Origin: Polyangiaceae bacterium
GTDB taxonomy: Bacteria; Myxococcota_A; Polyangia; Polyangiales; Polyangiaceae
NCBI GenBank assembly: GCA_035063585.1
Contig: JAPSGB010000025.1
Coordinates: 10,393-74,392, forward strand
Reading direction: 5' to 3'
Length of the DNA stretch: 64,000 nucleotides
Below the pieces are notes generated by a model. That model was given only the letters and a program-made list of their open reading frames with translations. It was not told the DNA's origin and ran no database searches. A program made the position numbers and the translations under genes. How positions within the stretch are numbered: position 1 is the stretch's first letter; each line of letters opens with the position of its first letter. Positions 19,183-29,529 of the stretch are shown here, piece after piece.

Positions 19183-19346
19183 GCCTGCCGCGGAGGGGTG
19201 GTGTCGGTTCGGCGCGGGCCAGGGCCGGGATGCCGGGCGTCGCGGTGGGCTCGGGGGCCGGGTGGCGTCCTCGCCCGCATCGCGCGAGCCGAGCCCACAC
19301 GGCGCGGGCCGGCGCGGGCAAAGTGAGGTAAAACGGAGGCTCCTTC

Positions 19347-20498
19347 ATGGCGACCTCTCGCGACGTCAAGGTCGGATTCTTCGTGCTGCTCGGCTTGGTG
19401 GTGAGCGGCCTCGTCATCTTCATGATCGGCGATGAGCGCCGCATGTTCCAGTCGAAGGTCGAGTATCAGGCGGTCTTCAAGAACGTGCAGGGGTTGAAGC
19501 GCGGCTCACCGGTGCGAATGGGCGGGGTCGACGTCGGGACGGTGAGCCAGGTCGGCTACGGGAAGGACGCCAACGATCCGAACCTCTACGTCACCTTCAG
19601 CATGGTCGAGGAGGACGCGCGGCGTCTCCGCGCCGACAGCGTGGCCGAGATTGGCGACAAGGGCCTGCTCGGAGACAAGATGATCGTGATCTCGCCGGGC
19701 TCGCCTGGCAAGCCGAGGCTCCCGGCGGGCGGCACCGTCCCGAGCAAGGAAGCCGACGACCTGTCGTCGATGATGTCCAAGGTCACTAACATTGGCAGCT
19801 CGGCCGAGCGCGTGATGGGGAACCTCGAGAAGACGACCGGGACGCTCGCGGACAAGGATTTCAATGACGGCGTCCGCTCGAGCGTGCGCTCGCTCAGCAG
19901 CGTGCTCGACACGCTCGACACCGGGCAAGGCTATATCCCGCGTCTCCTCCGCGACGACAAAGAGGCGGACCGCCTCTCTCACACGATCCAGAGCCTCGAC
20001 CGCGCGACCGCCGAGCTCGATCGAACTTTGACCGGCATCAACGCCATCGTGGCGCGCGTGCAGCACGGACCGGGCTTCGCGCACGAGGTCATCTACGGCG
20101 AGAGCGGCTCGGCCACCCTCGCGCACTTCGGCGATGCGGCCGAAGAGCTCGCTCTCACGCTGCGCGGTGTCCGCGAGGGTAACGGCGTGGCCCGGAGCCT
20201 CATCTACGGCGACGATCAGTCGCAGCAAATCATGGGCAACCTGAACGCGGTGAGCCGAGATCTTCGTATCGTCATGGCGGACGTGCGCGCCGGCAAGGGC
20301 ACCGTCGGCGCGCTCCTCGTGGATCCGTCGGTGTACGAGGACATCAAGGTTCTGCTCGGCAACGTCCAGCGAAACCAGGTCTTGCGCTCGCTGGTCCGCT
20401 ACTCGATTCGGCGTGACGAGAAGCCGGGTGCCGGGGTCCACGACGCCACGCCGCCGCCCGGCGGCGGGAGCGCGTCCGCGCCCGGCGCCCAGCCCTGA
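19347..20498 (+). CDS. mlaD: MlaD/MCE family protein
   Basis: VKVGFFV TM, GLKRGSPVRMGGVDVGTV, GLLGDKMIVISPG, helical C-terminus. Confidence 0.88.
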   Translation: MATSRDVKVGFFVLLGLVVSGLVIFMIGDERRMFQSKVEYQAVFKNVQGLKRGSPVRMGGVDVGTVSQVGYGKDANDPNLYVTFSMVEEDARRLRADSVAEIGDKGLLGDKMIVISPGSPGKPRLPAGGTVPSKEADDLSSMMSKVTNIGSSAERVMGNLEKTTGTLADKDFNDGVRSSVRSLSSVLDTLDTGQGYIPRLLRDDKEADRLSHTIQSLDRATAELDRTLTGINAIVARVQHGPGFAHEVIYGESGSATLAHFGDAAEELALTLRGVREGNGVARSLIYGDDQSQQIMGNLNAVSRDLRIVMADVRAGKGTVGALLVDPSVYEDIKVLLGNVQRNQVLRSLVRYSIRRDEKPGAGVHDATPPPGGGSASAPGAQP

Positions 20499-20652
20499 CT
20501 CGCGCCGGACCGACCAACCCGGCAGCCTACACCAACGCTACCAACGCTCGCGGGGGCCGCGTGATTCCGCGGCCCATTCGCTACCATGGTCTCTCACCTT
20601 TCTTGACGACGAAGTCCGGCGAACTCGAAGCTTACGTCCTATACTGGCCGAG

Positions 20653-23600
20653 ATGAAGGCACTGGAGCGCCTCGGTCGGGCACTCGTGGTTCTCGGGCTG
20701 TTCGCCCTGGCGTCGTTCTTCGCGCTGCGCTTCGGGACGGGTGGGCTGTGGCGCGGTCTCGAGGCGGCGCAGGCGGTCGCGGGCCCGGGCTCGCCCCGCG
20801 CTCCTTATGACCTCACGCAACTCACCGCGGTCAACGAGACGCTGAAGACGATTCAGCAGAAGTACGTCGACCCGTCGCGCGTGAAGCCGCGGCAGATGTT
20901 CCTCTCGGCGCTGAACCAGGTCCAGAAGGAGGTCGCCCAGGTCATCGTGCTCCACGCGCCGAAGGCGCCCACCGTGACGGTGCGGGTCGACACCGAGGAG
21001 AAATCCTTCCGAGTCGACAACGTGCAGGGGCCGTGGGACGTCGCGGCGCGGCTCCGTGAGGTGTTCGCGTTCCTTCAGGCGAACCTGAAGGGCACCGAGG
21101 TCGACCTGAGAGACGTCGAGTACGCCGCCTGCAACGGCATGCTGAAGACGCTCGACCCGCACAGCGTGTTCATGAGCCCGGACGCTTACCGCGAGATGAA
21201 CCTCTCCACCTCCGGCCAGTTCGGCGGGCTCGGAATCGTCATCTCGATTCGCGATCAGCAGCTCACCATCATACGGCCCATGCCGGACACACCGGCCGGA
21301 CGCGCCAGCCTCAAGCGGCTCGATCGAATCACGAAGATCAACAATGAGTCGACGCTCAACATGCCGCTCGACGACGCGGTCAAGCGGCTCCGCGGCGCGC
21401 CCGGCAGCAAGGTGACCATCTGGGTCCACCGTGACGCGCAGGGCGGCTGGGCGGGCTCGCGGCCCTTCGAGCTCACCCGCGAGGAGATCCACGTGAAGAG
21501 CGTGGACAGTCGCACGCTCACGCCCGGCATCGGCTACGTGCGTATCAAGCAGTTCCAGAGCAGCACCGCGGAGGAGCTCGGCGCGGCGCTCGCCGCGCTC
21601 CACAAGAGCGAGCGCCCACTCAAGGGGCTCGTCCTCGATTTGCGCGACAACCCGGGCGGCTTGCTCGATCAGGCGGCAAAAGTCGCCGACACCTTCATCG
21701 ACCAGGGGGTCATCGTCTCGACGGTAGGCGCCTCCGAGGGCCGCGACGTCAAGATGGCCAAGGCGCCGGGCACGGAGCCGGACTACCCGATGGTCGTGCT
21801 CGCCAACGGCTCATCGGCGAGCGCGAGCGAGATCGTCGCCGGCGCGCTCAAGAACCACGACCGCGCCGTCGTGGTCGGGCAAACGACGTTCGGGAAAGGC
21901 TCGGTCCAGCTCGTCTTCCCGCGGGTCACTCCAGACGGCGCCGCGCTCAAGCTCACCATCGCGCAGTATCTCACGCCTGGGGACGTCTCGATTCAAGGCG
22001 TGGGCGTCCCGCCGGACATCGAGCTCGATCCGATGACGGCCGATACGCTCGAGATGGATATGTTCCGAAGCGAGCACCCGCTCCGCGAGCGCGACCTGTC
22101 GAAGAGCTTGTCTTATGGTGGCAAGCACAACACGGACACGCCGTTCTTCCGACTTCGCTACAACATGCCCGAGAAGGAGCGCGAGGAGCTCCGCGAGCTC
22201 GGCAGCGAGGTCGACGACGAGTTCCGGATGGATTTCCCGATCAGGTTCGCGCGTGATCTGGTCGCGAAGCTCACTCCCGGGAAGCGACAGGACGAGGTTC
22301 GCCAGGCGAAGCCCTTCCTCGACAGCGAGCAAGACGGGCAGGTCCGCTCGATCGCCGGCGATCTCTCGAAGCTCGGCATCGACTGGAGCGCGCCGCCCGC
22401 GGGAGCCGAAGGCGGGCCCGCCGCGAGTGATTACGAGGTCAAGGTCGAGACCGATCGCAAGAACGACACGGTGGTCGCCGGTGAGCCGATGACCTTGAAG
22501 GTTACCATCAAGAACAAAGGCGCGAAGCCCATCTACCAGATGCGCGCGACGACCAAGAGCGACGGCAACTACTTCGACGAGAAGGAGCTGGTCTTTGGCA
22601 AGATCGGGCCGGGCGAGTCGAAGAGCGCCACGGCGCCGCTCGGCTGGTGCGAGGTCGACGGGCGCAAGCCGGGCTCCACGACGCCGGTGGCCGAGGACGC
22701 GAAGCGCGTATGCCGCATCCCGCTTGCGGCCGTCACCCGCCAGGACGTGGTGAAGGTGCGGTTCAGTGGCGAGGGGGGCGAGGCGCCGCCCGAGGTCGAG
22801 CTGCGCCCCACCGTCCAGAGCCTCCCGAGGCCCTCGTTCGCTTATACCTACCAGTTGGTCGACGATCACCCGGGCAACGGAGACGGCGCCCTCAGCCGCG
22901 GCGAGGGCGCGACGCTCTACCTGACGGTCAAGAACGTCGGCACCGGGCGCTCCTATGAGACGCAGGCGAACTTGCGCAACGTCACTGGCGACGGGCTCTT
23001 GCTCCGAAATGGTCGCTTCGACGTCCCCAGCATGAACCCGGGCGACGTCCGTCAGGTCGCGTTCACCTTCGACGTTCTCGACGCGCTGCAGGACAACTTC
23101 GTGAAGCTGGAGATGAGCGTCGCCGATCGCGATCTGCGGGTGATCGCGGCAGAGAAGCTCAGCTTCCCGGTCACGCGCGGCGGGGTGTTCGTGAACCCCG
23201 CGTCCGGGCGGGTGATCGCCGAGGCCGGCGCGCCGGTGCGTGGCGAGCCGCTCGCGAGCGCGCGGGTCGTCGGTGAGCTGTCGAAGGCTGGCGTGTTCGA
23301 GCGGCTCGGCACCTTCGGCTCGTTTACCAAGGTTCGGCTCGATGGTCAGCGCTTCGGCTTCGTGGAGACCACGACCGTGAAGGACTCGCAGGCGCCCGCG
23401 AAGGGCTCGTTCTCGCCGCTGCTCACCCGCTCGCCTCCGCTCGTGGAGGTAAAGCCCGCGGCGCTCGCGACCCGCGAGGACCACATCCGCATCGAGGGGA
23501 CCGCGACCGACAATGACCGCGTGCTCGACGGCTACGCGTTCGTGGGCGCGCACAAGGTATTTTACCAGTCGAACCGCAAGGGGAAGAGCTCGACGAACAT

Positions 23601-23790
23601 GCCCTTCGCCTTCGACGCCAAGCTCGAGCCCGGGGTCAACGTGATCACGGTGATCGCGCGCGAGAGCGAGGATACCCAGACGAGCTATACGCTGGTGGTG
23701 CGTCGGGACGGCCCGAAGGGCGAGGCGCTCGCCACACCGAAGGGCGCGCTCTTCGGTGAGGACTGGGAATTTGGCAGCGACGACGAATAG
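20653..23790 (+). CDS. S41 carboxyl-terminal protease, MXAN_5808-type (PDZ, S41, Ig-like/SH3-like C-terminus)
   Basis: LDPHS, FGGLGI, LDLRDNPGG, catalytic SASASE and TFGKGSVQ, plus a long beta-rich C-terminal region. Confidence 0.9.
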   Translation: MKALERLGRALVVLGLFALASFFALRFGTGGLWRGLEAAQAVAGPGSPRAPYDLTQLTAVNETLKTIQQKYVDPSRVKPRQMFLSALNQVQKEVAQVIVLHAPKAPTVTVRVDTEEKSFRVDNVQGPWDVAARLREVFAFLQANLKGTEVDLRDVEYAACNGMLKTLDPHSVFMSPDAYREMNLSTSGQFGGLGIVISIRDQQLTIIRPMPDTPAGRASLKRLDRITKINNESTLNMPLDDAVKRLRGAPGSKVTIWVHRDAQGGWAGSRPFELTREEIHVKSVDSRTLTPGIGYVRIKQFQSSTAEELGAALAALHKSERPLKGLVLDLRDNPGGLLDQAAKVADTFIDQGVIVSTVGASEGRDVKMAKAPGTEPDYPMVVLANGSSASASEIVAGALKNHDRAVVVGQTTFGKGSVQLVFPRVTPDGAALKLTIAQYLTPGDVSIQGVGVPPDIELDPMTADTLEMDMFRSEHPLRERDLSKSLSYGGKHNTDTPFFRLRYNMPEKEREELRELGSEVDDEFRMDFPIRFARDLVAKLTPGKRQDEVRQAKPFLDSEQDGQVRSIAGDLSKLGIDWSAPPAGAEGGPAASDYEVKVETDRKNDTVVAGEPMTLKVTIKNKGAKPIYQMRATTKSDGNYFDEKELVFGKIGPGESKSATAPLGWCEVDGRKPGSTTPVAEDAKRVCRIPLAAVTRQDVVKVRFSGEGGEAPPEVELRPTVQSLPRPSFAYTYQLVDDHPGNGDGALSRGEGATLYLTVKNVGTGRSYETQANLRNVTGDGLLLRNGRFDVPSMNPGDVRQVAFTFDVLDALQDNFVKLEMSVADRDLRVIAAEKLSFPVTRGGVFVNPASGRVIAEAGAPVRGEPLASARVVGELSKAGVFERLGTFGSFTKVRLDGQRFGFVETTTVKDSQAPAKGSFSPLLTRSPPLVEVKPAALATREDHIRIEGTATDNDRVLDGYAFVGAHKVFYQSNRKGKSSTNMPFAFDAKLEPGVNVITVIARESEDTQTSYTLVVRRDGPKGEALATPKGALFGEDWEFGSDDE

Positions 23791-24534
23791 GTGAAAACGG
23801 GGATGGTCCGCCTTCACATCAACGTCGATCACGTCGCGACCGTGCGGAACGCGCGCGGCACCCGTTACCCGGATCCGGTGCTCGCGGCCGGCCTCGCCGA
23901 GCTCGCCGGCGCGGACGGGATCACCGCGCACCTCCGGGAGGATCGCCGGCACATCACCGACGATGACCTCTCACGGCTCCGCGCCAGCGTCACCACGCTC
24001 CTCAACCTCGAGATGGCGGCGACCGACGAGATGCTCGCGATCGCCGAGCGGGTTCGCCCGGACGTCATCACGCTGGTCCCCGAGCGACGCGAAGAGCGCA
24101 CCACCGAGGGCGGGCTGGACGTCGCTGCGACGCGCGACAAGATCGCCAGGGCCGCCGAGACCTGCGCGCGGGTCGGCATCAAGCTGAGCCTCTTCATCGC
24201 CCCGAACGATGCGGAAATCGAGCTCGCGCGCGAGCTCGGCGCACGGCAGGTGGAGCTTCACACCGGCGAGTACTGCGAGGCCTCCGGAGAGGAGCGGTGG
24301 CTCGAGCTCCGGCGGCTCCGTGCCGGCGCGGCGCTCGCCGCGAGCCTCAACCTCGACGTCGCCGCCGGGCACGGGCTCACTCGCGCAAACGTCGGCGACA
24401 TCGTGGCGATCCCCGCGGTCGCTGAGCTGAACATCGGCCACGCGGTGATCGCGGACGCCGTGATGATGGGGCTCGCCGAGGCCGTCCGCGGGTTCCGGGG
24501 CGCGCTCGAACGCGGGCTCCGCGCGCGGGGGTGA
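23791..24534 (+). CDS. pdxJ: Pyridoxine 5'-phosphate synthase
   Basis: [51 protein letters not shown]. Confidence 0.97.
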   Translation: MKTGMVRLHINVDHVATVRNARGTRYPDPVLAAGLAELAGADGITAHLREDRRHITDDDLSRLRASVTTLLNLEMAATDEMLAIAERVRPDVITLVPERREERTTEGGLDVAATRDKIARAAETCARVGIKLSLFIAPNDAEIELARELGARQVELHTGEYCEASGEERWLELRRLRAGAALAASLNLDVAAGHGLTRANVGDIVAIPAVAELNIGHAVIADAVMMGLAEAVRGFRGALERGLRARG

Positions 24535-24537
24535 GCG

Positions 24538-24921
24538 GTGATCGTCGGGCTCGGGATCGACGTCGCCGCCATCGACCGCTTCGAGCGCGCGCTCGAGCGT
24601 CACGGTTCGCGCTTCGCCGAGCGCATCCTGACGCCGCGTGAGCGTGACGAGCTCGCTGACCGCGCCGCCGATCGCGCGGCGGCCCTGGCGGGGCGATTTG
24701 CCGCCAAGGAGGCCCTCAGCAAGGCGCTCGGCGCGCCGCGCGACGTCTGGTGGCAAGACGTGGAGATTCGCCGCGGTCCCCTCGGCGTACCCACCTTGCA
24801 CCTGCTCGGCGCGGCCATCCCGCACGCGCGCCGCCTGGGTGTCACGCGCAGTCTGGTGTCCATCACTCACGACGGCGGTGTCGCCGCGGCGGTGGTCGTC
24901 CTCGAGGGAGAGCCGTCGTGA
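24538..24921 (+). CDS. acpS: Holo-ACP synthase
   Basis: GLGIDV, RFAAKEA, SITHD. Confidence 0.95.
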   Translation: MIVGLGIDVAAIDRFERALERHGSRFAERILTPRERDELADRAADRAAALAGRFAAKEALSKALGAPRDVWWQDVEIRRGPLGVPTLHLLGAAIPHARRLGVTRSLVSITHDGGVAAAVVVLEGEPS

Positions 24922-26432
24922 TCCCGGTCCTGTCGCGAGAGCAGATGCGGGCGTTCGATCGCCACGCGATGCTCGAGTGTCGGGTGCCGAGCGTGGTGCT
25001 GATGGAAAACGCAGGGCGAGGCGCCGCCGACCTCATCGCGCGCGAGACGCCGCCCGGGCCCATCGTGGTCATGTGCGGCGCGGGAAACAACGGCGGGGAC
25101 GGCTTCGTCGTCGCGCGGCGCCTCCGCACCCTCGGTCGGGATGCGCGCGTGCTGCTCGCGGTGGACTCCGCGAGGCTCACCGGCGACGCGCTCGTGAATT
25201 TTCACGCCTGGCGCGGCATCGGCGGGGAGACGCTCGAGCTCCGAGCCGGAGAGGAAGCGAGGCTCGAGGATTGCCTGGCTGGCGCGGCCGGCGTCGCGGA
25301 CGGCCTGCTCGGCACCGGGCTCGATCGGGACGTCACCGGTTGGTTTCGCGAGCTCATCCTCCGTATCAACGCCGCGTCTGCGTTCCGAGCCGCGCTCGAC
25401 CTCCCGTCGGGGCTCCACGCGGACACCGGCGCGGTCCTCGGCGCTGCGGTGCGCGCACACCTCACGGTGACGTTCGCGCACCCGAAGCTCGGGCTCTACA
25501 CCACGAGCGGCGCCGAGCACGCCGGGCGCGTCGAGGTCGTGGACATCGGCGTGCCCGGCACCAGGATGGAAGCGTGCGCCGCGTATCTGAGCGAGCGCGC
25601 CGACGTGGCGCACGCGGTCGTCGCGCGCCCGGTGTCCGCGCACAAGTCCTCCGCGGGACGCGTGCTCGCCATCGCTGGCTCGGCGGGCAAGACGGGCGCT
25701 GCGCTCCTGGTCGCGCGGGGCGCGCTGCGCGCGGGAGCCGGGCTGGTCACCATCGCCACCTTCCCCGAGGTGCAGGGCGCGGTGGAGGCGCGCGCGCTCG
25801 AGGAGATGACCGCGAGGATCGATCCGGTGAGCGTCGAGGCCTCTCTCGACGCGCTCCTCGAGGGGACCCATTCAGTCGCCATCGGGCCCGGGCTCGGGCT
25901 CGACGAGCGCGCGCGGCGCGTGACCGAGCACGTGGTGCTCCGGTGGGATGGCGTGAAGGTCGTCGACGCCGACGCGCTCACCCACTTCGCCGGTCGAGCC
26001 GGCGAGCTCGCGGGCGCCGCTGGGCGGCTCATCCTCACCCCTCACTCGGCGGAGCTCGGGCGGCTCCTCGATCGCTCGGCCGCAGAGGTCGAGGCGGATC
26101 GCTTCGGAGCGCTCGCGCGCGCGGTGGAGCTCACCCGGGCGGTGGTCCTGCTCAAGGGGCCGCGGACGCTGGTGGGCGCGCCCGGGAGGCTCCCGGTGGT
26201 GAACGCTACCGGTGTGCCTGCGCTCGCCACCGGCGGCGCCGGCGACGTGCTCTCCGGGATGATCGCCGCGCTCGCGGTTCACGCGGAGCCGTTTGCGGCG
26301 GCGTGGTCCGGCGCGTACCTCCACGGTCGCGCCGGCGAGCGGTGGGGGAGCGTGACGCGAGCGGATCGCGGACTCGTCGCTCATGAGCTCGCCGACGCGC
26401 TCCCCGCGTGTCTTGGCGAGCTTCGCGCCTGA
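24918..26432 (+). CDS. nnr: Bifunctional NAD(P)HX epimerase/dehydratase
   Basis: LMENAG, CGAGNNGGDG, DLPSG, GPGLG, VDADAL, LTPHSAE, ATGGAGDVLSG. GTGA overlap with acpS. Confidence 0.95.
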   Translation: MIPVLSREQMRAFDRHAMLECRVPSVVLMENAGRGAADLIARETPPGPIVVMCGAGNNGGDGFVVARRLRTLGRDARVLLAVDSARLTGDALVNFHAWRGIGGETLELRAGEEARLEDCLAGAAGVADGLLGTGLDRDVTGWFRELILRINAASAFRAALDLPSGLHADTGAVLGAAVRAHLTVTFAHPKLGLYTTSGAEHAGRVEVVDIGVPGTRMEACAAYLSERADVAHAVVARPVSAHKSSAGRVLAIAGSAGKTGAALLVARGALRAGAGLVTIATFPEVQGAVEARALEEMTARIDPVSVEASLDALLEGTHSVAIGPGLGLDERARRVTEHVVLRWDGVKVVDADALTHFAGRAGELAGAAGRLILTPHSAELGRLLDRSAAEVEADRFGALARAVELTRAVVLLKGPRTLVGAPGRLPVVNATGVPALATGGAGDVLSGMIAALAVHAEPFAAAWSGAYLHGRAGERWGSVTRADRGLVAHELADALPACLGELRA

Positions 26433-26557
26433 CCGGATCGCGTCCGCGCGCCGCTCCGTCACTCGCGTGAGGCCGGGGCTGCCAGTTTGACACGCGGGGT
26501 GCGGCTCGCGGGACGCGCGAGAGCGGAGAACGCGGCAGTTTTCCCGCAATATGCCCT

Positions 26558-26573
26558 TGGCACATGGCTTGCG
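26558..26573 (+). promoter_or_regulatory. Sigma54 (-24/-12) promoter
   Basis: TGGCAC-ATGGC-TTGCG matches TGGCAC-N5-TTGC, followed by SD GGAGG and ATG 26602. Confidence 0.75.
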
Positions 26574-26601
26574 AGAGGGCTTGGTCGGAGGACATTCCGA
26601 G

Positions 26602-27177
26602 ATGACCCTGGCGATGGCACGAACCGCGGAGAACCCTCGAACCGCACGCTCCCTGCGTGATGATCTCGACCTGGTGCTTCCGAGCCTGCGCGCCCGCGCG
26701 CTCAAGCTCTCGAAGAACCCTGTGGAGGCCGACGACTTGGTGCAAGATGCCGTCGAGCGCGCGCTGCGCTTCGAGGCGAGCTTCGAGCCGGGCACCAACC
26801 TGCGCGCGTGGTTGCAGCAGATCCTCTACAGCGTCTTCATCACGCGCTGCCGGCGCTCGCGGCGTGAGCGCCGCGCGCTCGACACGCTGTTGCGCGATCC
26901 GTGTGAGTGGACCCACCAGGATGGCGCTCCTCCCATGCAGGCGCTCTCCCGTCGGCTGAGCGGCGTTCTCGACGCTCTCCCGCCGCGCTTTGCCGAGGTC
27001 GTGCGGCTGGTGGACCTCGAGGGGCGCGCCTACAAGGACGCGGCCGCAGCGCTGTCGGTTCCGGTCGGGACGGTGATGAGCCGCCTGTTCCGCGGCCGGC
27101 GGCTGCTCGCGGCTGCCCTCACCGGCCCGGAGCGAGGCTCGCTCGCGCTCGAGTCTCGACTGCCGGAAGCCGCGTAA
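26602..27177 (+). CDS. ECF sigma factor
   Basis: ADDLVQDAVERA, LRAWLQQI, and region 4 YKDAAAALSVPVGTVMSRLFRGR. Confidence 0.92.
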   Translation: MTLAMARTAENPRTARSLRDDLDLVLPSLRARALKLSKNPVEADDLVQDAVERALRFEASFEPGTNLRAWLQQILYSVFITRCRRSRRERRALDTLLRDPCEWTHQDGAPPMQALSRRLSGVLDALPPRFAEVVRLVDLEGRAYKDAAAALSVPVGTVMSRLFRGRRLLAAALTGPERGSLALESRLPEAA

Positions 27178-27191
27178 GGCCGGGCGCCTCG

Positions 27192-27968
27192 CTACAGGCG
27201 CTCGACGGACCCGGCGATCACCCGGCGTAGCGCGCCGCCCGCGTCTGCGACCAGGAGCGCGCCGTCCGCGTCGATTCCCCGCGCGAGCCCCGCGACGCCA
27301 TCGACGCGCACTCGAGCGCCGGCGAGTGCGTCGTGCAGGGTGAGCTCCCGATGGAGCGGCGCGAGCCCGTGCTCCTCGAAGAGCGCGAGCCGCTCCTCGA
27401 GGGCGGCGAGGACGTCGAGCAAGAGCGTCTCGCGTCCGAGATCGCGCGCTCCGGAGAGCGCGAGCGACGTGGCGATCCCCGCGAGGTCGGCAGGGAACTC
27501 CTGGAGCGCGACGTTCAGTCCCACCCCAACCACGAGCGCGGCGAGCCTGTGGCCGGAGAGCTGGCTCTCGACCAGCACTCCTGCCAGCTTGCGCCCGTCG
27601 ACGAGGACGTCATTCGGCCACTTGAGCTCGACCGGTGTGGTGAGCCGGCGGGCGACGGCGGCGCGCACCGCGAGCCCCACCACCAGCGGAACCGCGCTCA
27701 CTCGGCCGAGCGGCACGCTCGGGCGCACGATCACGGAGAAGGTGAGGTTCACGCCCGGAGGTGACGCCCATGCGCGCCCGCGCCGCCCGCGCCCGTTCGC
27801 CTGAGCCTCGGCGACGAAGGTCGCGCCGTGCGGCGCGCCCGCGCGCGCGGCGGCGAGCGCGTCGTCGTTGGTGGAGCCGGTCACCTCGACGACGCTGAGC
27901 GGCGCGCCAAGGCTGAGGCCGCGCTCGCTCGCCAGCGCTGCGAAGCGGTTCGCGTCGAAGCTGGTCAT
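27192..27968 (-). CDS. birA: Biotin--protein ligase without N-terminal HTH
   Basis: GSTNDDA, QANGRGRRGRAW, KWPNDV, KLAGVL. Confidence 0.93.
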   Translation of the reverse strand: MTSFDANRFAALASERGLSLGAPLSVVEVTGSTNDDALAAARAGAPHGATFVAEAQANGRGRRGRAWASPPGVNLTFSVIVRPSVPLGRVSAVPLVVGLAVRAAVARRLTTPVELKWPNDVLVDGRKLAGVLVESQLSGHRLAALVVGVGLNVALQEFPADLAGIATSLALSGARDLGRETLLLDVLAALEERLALFEEHGLAPLHRELTLHDALAGARVRVDGVAGLARGIDADGALLVADAGGALRRVIAGSVERL

Positions 27969-28549
27969 GCGTCCGAGTCGGCGCGAGGCCTCCAGCGACA
28001 GGAGAACTCGTGATAGCGCCCGCCGGTGCTCATGCACTCCGTCTCGTGGCCGCCCGGAAGCACGCGGACGCCAATCGCGTCCATCGCTGCGATCATCCAT
28101 CCTTCCATGAGGCGGCAGTGTGCCGGGTCCATCTCCGGAAACTCGTTGACCCGGAGGATGGTCCGATCGGGAGCGGTGTCGACGGCTTCCATGTAGCCGG
28201 CGTCCTCGTAGTACATGCCCCAGATCGGCGTGCAGCCGCGGATCATCATCTCGGGATCCGGACGCACCTTGTAGACGTGAAAGATCGTCTCGAGATCGGA
28301 GCGTGCGGCGACCTCACCCAGCTTGGCCGCGTAGGCGAGATCCCCCGCGCCGAGTTGGCGGTCCGCGCTCCGCAAGACGCCGACGAACGCCTCGTATGGG
28401 TAGAGCCCGAGCCCATCGATGCGTGTCTCGAAGGTCGCCCGCGCCGCGTCTCCGGCGCCGTTCACCACCCGGGTGAGCATTTCCTCGCCGTGGTTCCGAC
28501 GCAGGAAGCGCGCGGTCCCGAGAAACGCCATGCCTCGCACCCTCGCCAT
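27965..28549 (-). CDS. V4R/H-NOX-like (DUF2378-related) putative small-ligand-binding protein
   Basis: W.MYY..G, HCRLMEGW and C-terminal ETECMSTGGRYHEFSCRW. ATGA overlap with birA. Confidence 0.6.
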   Translation of the reverse strand: MARVRGMAFLGTARFLRRNHGEEMLTRVVNGAGDAARATFETRIDGLGLYPYEAFVGVLRSADRQLGAGDLAYAAKLGEVAARSDLETIFHVYKVRPDPEMMIRGCTPIWGMYYEDAGYMEAVDTAPDRTILRVNEFPEMDPAHCRLMEGWMIAAMDAIGVRVLPGGHETECMSTGGRYHEFSCRWRPRADSDA

Positions 28550-28559
28550 CGGTCCGCGC

Positions 28560-29405
28560 CTATCCCAGCCGCTCGATGTCGAGGGCGATGTCGGCGGCGG
28601 GCGCCGAGTGGGTCAACGCACCGACACTGATGACGTCGATTCCAGCCGCGGCCAAGGCCGGGATCCGCTCGAGCGTGACCCCGCCCGAGGCTTCGATGAT
28701 CGCTCGGCCCCGGGCGCGGCGCACGGCTTCCTCGATGCTCGCGAGGTCGAAGTTGTCGAGCATGACGATGTCCGCCCCGACTCGAAGCGCCTCGTCGAGC
28801 GCGTCGAGCGACTCCACCTCGACCTCGACGCGACAGGTGTGCGGCGCGCGGCTCCGGGCGCGCTCGACCGCTGCGGAGATCCCGCCGGCGGCCTCGATGT
28901 GGTTGTCCTTGATGAGCACCGCCGAGCCCAGGGTGTCCCGGTGGTTGTTCGCGCCACCCACCCGCACCGCGTACCGCTCGAGCGCGCGTAGCCCCGGGGT
29001 GGTCTTGCGGGTGTCTGCGATGCGCGTCCGTGAGCCGGGCGGCAAGCGCGCGACGTAGTCCGCCGCGCGTGTCGAGATCCCGCTCAGGCGCTGAGCGAAG
29101 TTGAGCGCGGTGCGCTCCGCCATGAGGATCGAACGCGCCGAACCCTCGACGCTCCAGAGCTCGTCGTCGCGGCTCGCGCGCGCACCCTCTTTCAGGTGAC
29201 GTTCCACGCGGAGGCCTGGATCCACGCGATAGAAGCAGCGCGCGAACACGTCGCCGCCGCACACGACCAGCGGGCTCCGCGCGACCGCGCGCCCGATGGC
29301 GCGCGTGTCCGGAGCTACGATCGCCTCCGTGGTGAGGTCGCCCCCCTCGAGATCCTCGGCGAGCGCGCGGTCGACGAGGACGTCGAGCTGATAGCTCGGA
29401 AACAT
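28560..29405 (-). CDS. nadC: Quinolinate phosphoribosyltransferase
   Basis: AEDL..GDLTT, ERTALN, DTRKTTPGLR, LIKDNH, EVEVE, MLDN, EASGG. Confidence 0.97.
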   Translation of the reverse strand: MFPSYQLDVLVDRALAEDLEGGDLTTEAIVAPDTRAIGRAVARSPLVVCGGDVFARCFYRVDPGLRVERHLKEGARASRDDELWSVEGSARSILMAERTALNFAQRLSGISTRAADYVARLPPGSRTRIADTRKTTPGLRALERYAVRVGGANNHRDTLGSAVLIKDNHIEAAGGISAAVERARSRAPHTCRVEVEVESLDALDEALRVGADIVMLDNFDLASIEEAVRRARGRAIIEASGGVTLERIPALAAAGIDVISVGALTHSAPAADIALDIERLG

Positions 29406-29529
29406 CGCGGCCGACGCTAGCCCCGCCGCGCGCGTCGCGCAAAGCTACCGGCGTGGAGATGGCTTGGGCTCCGGGCCCGGCGCAAAATCACGGTCTCGCG
29501 CCGGGCCGGCATCCCCGGCCCGCACCCGG

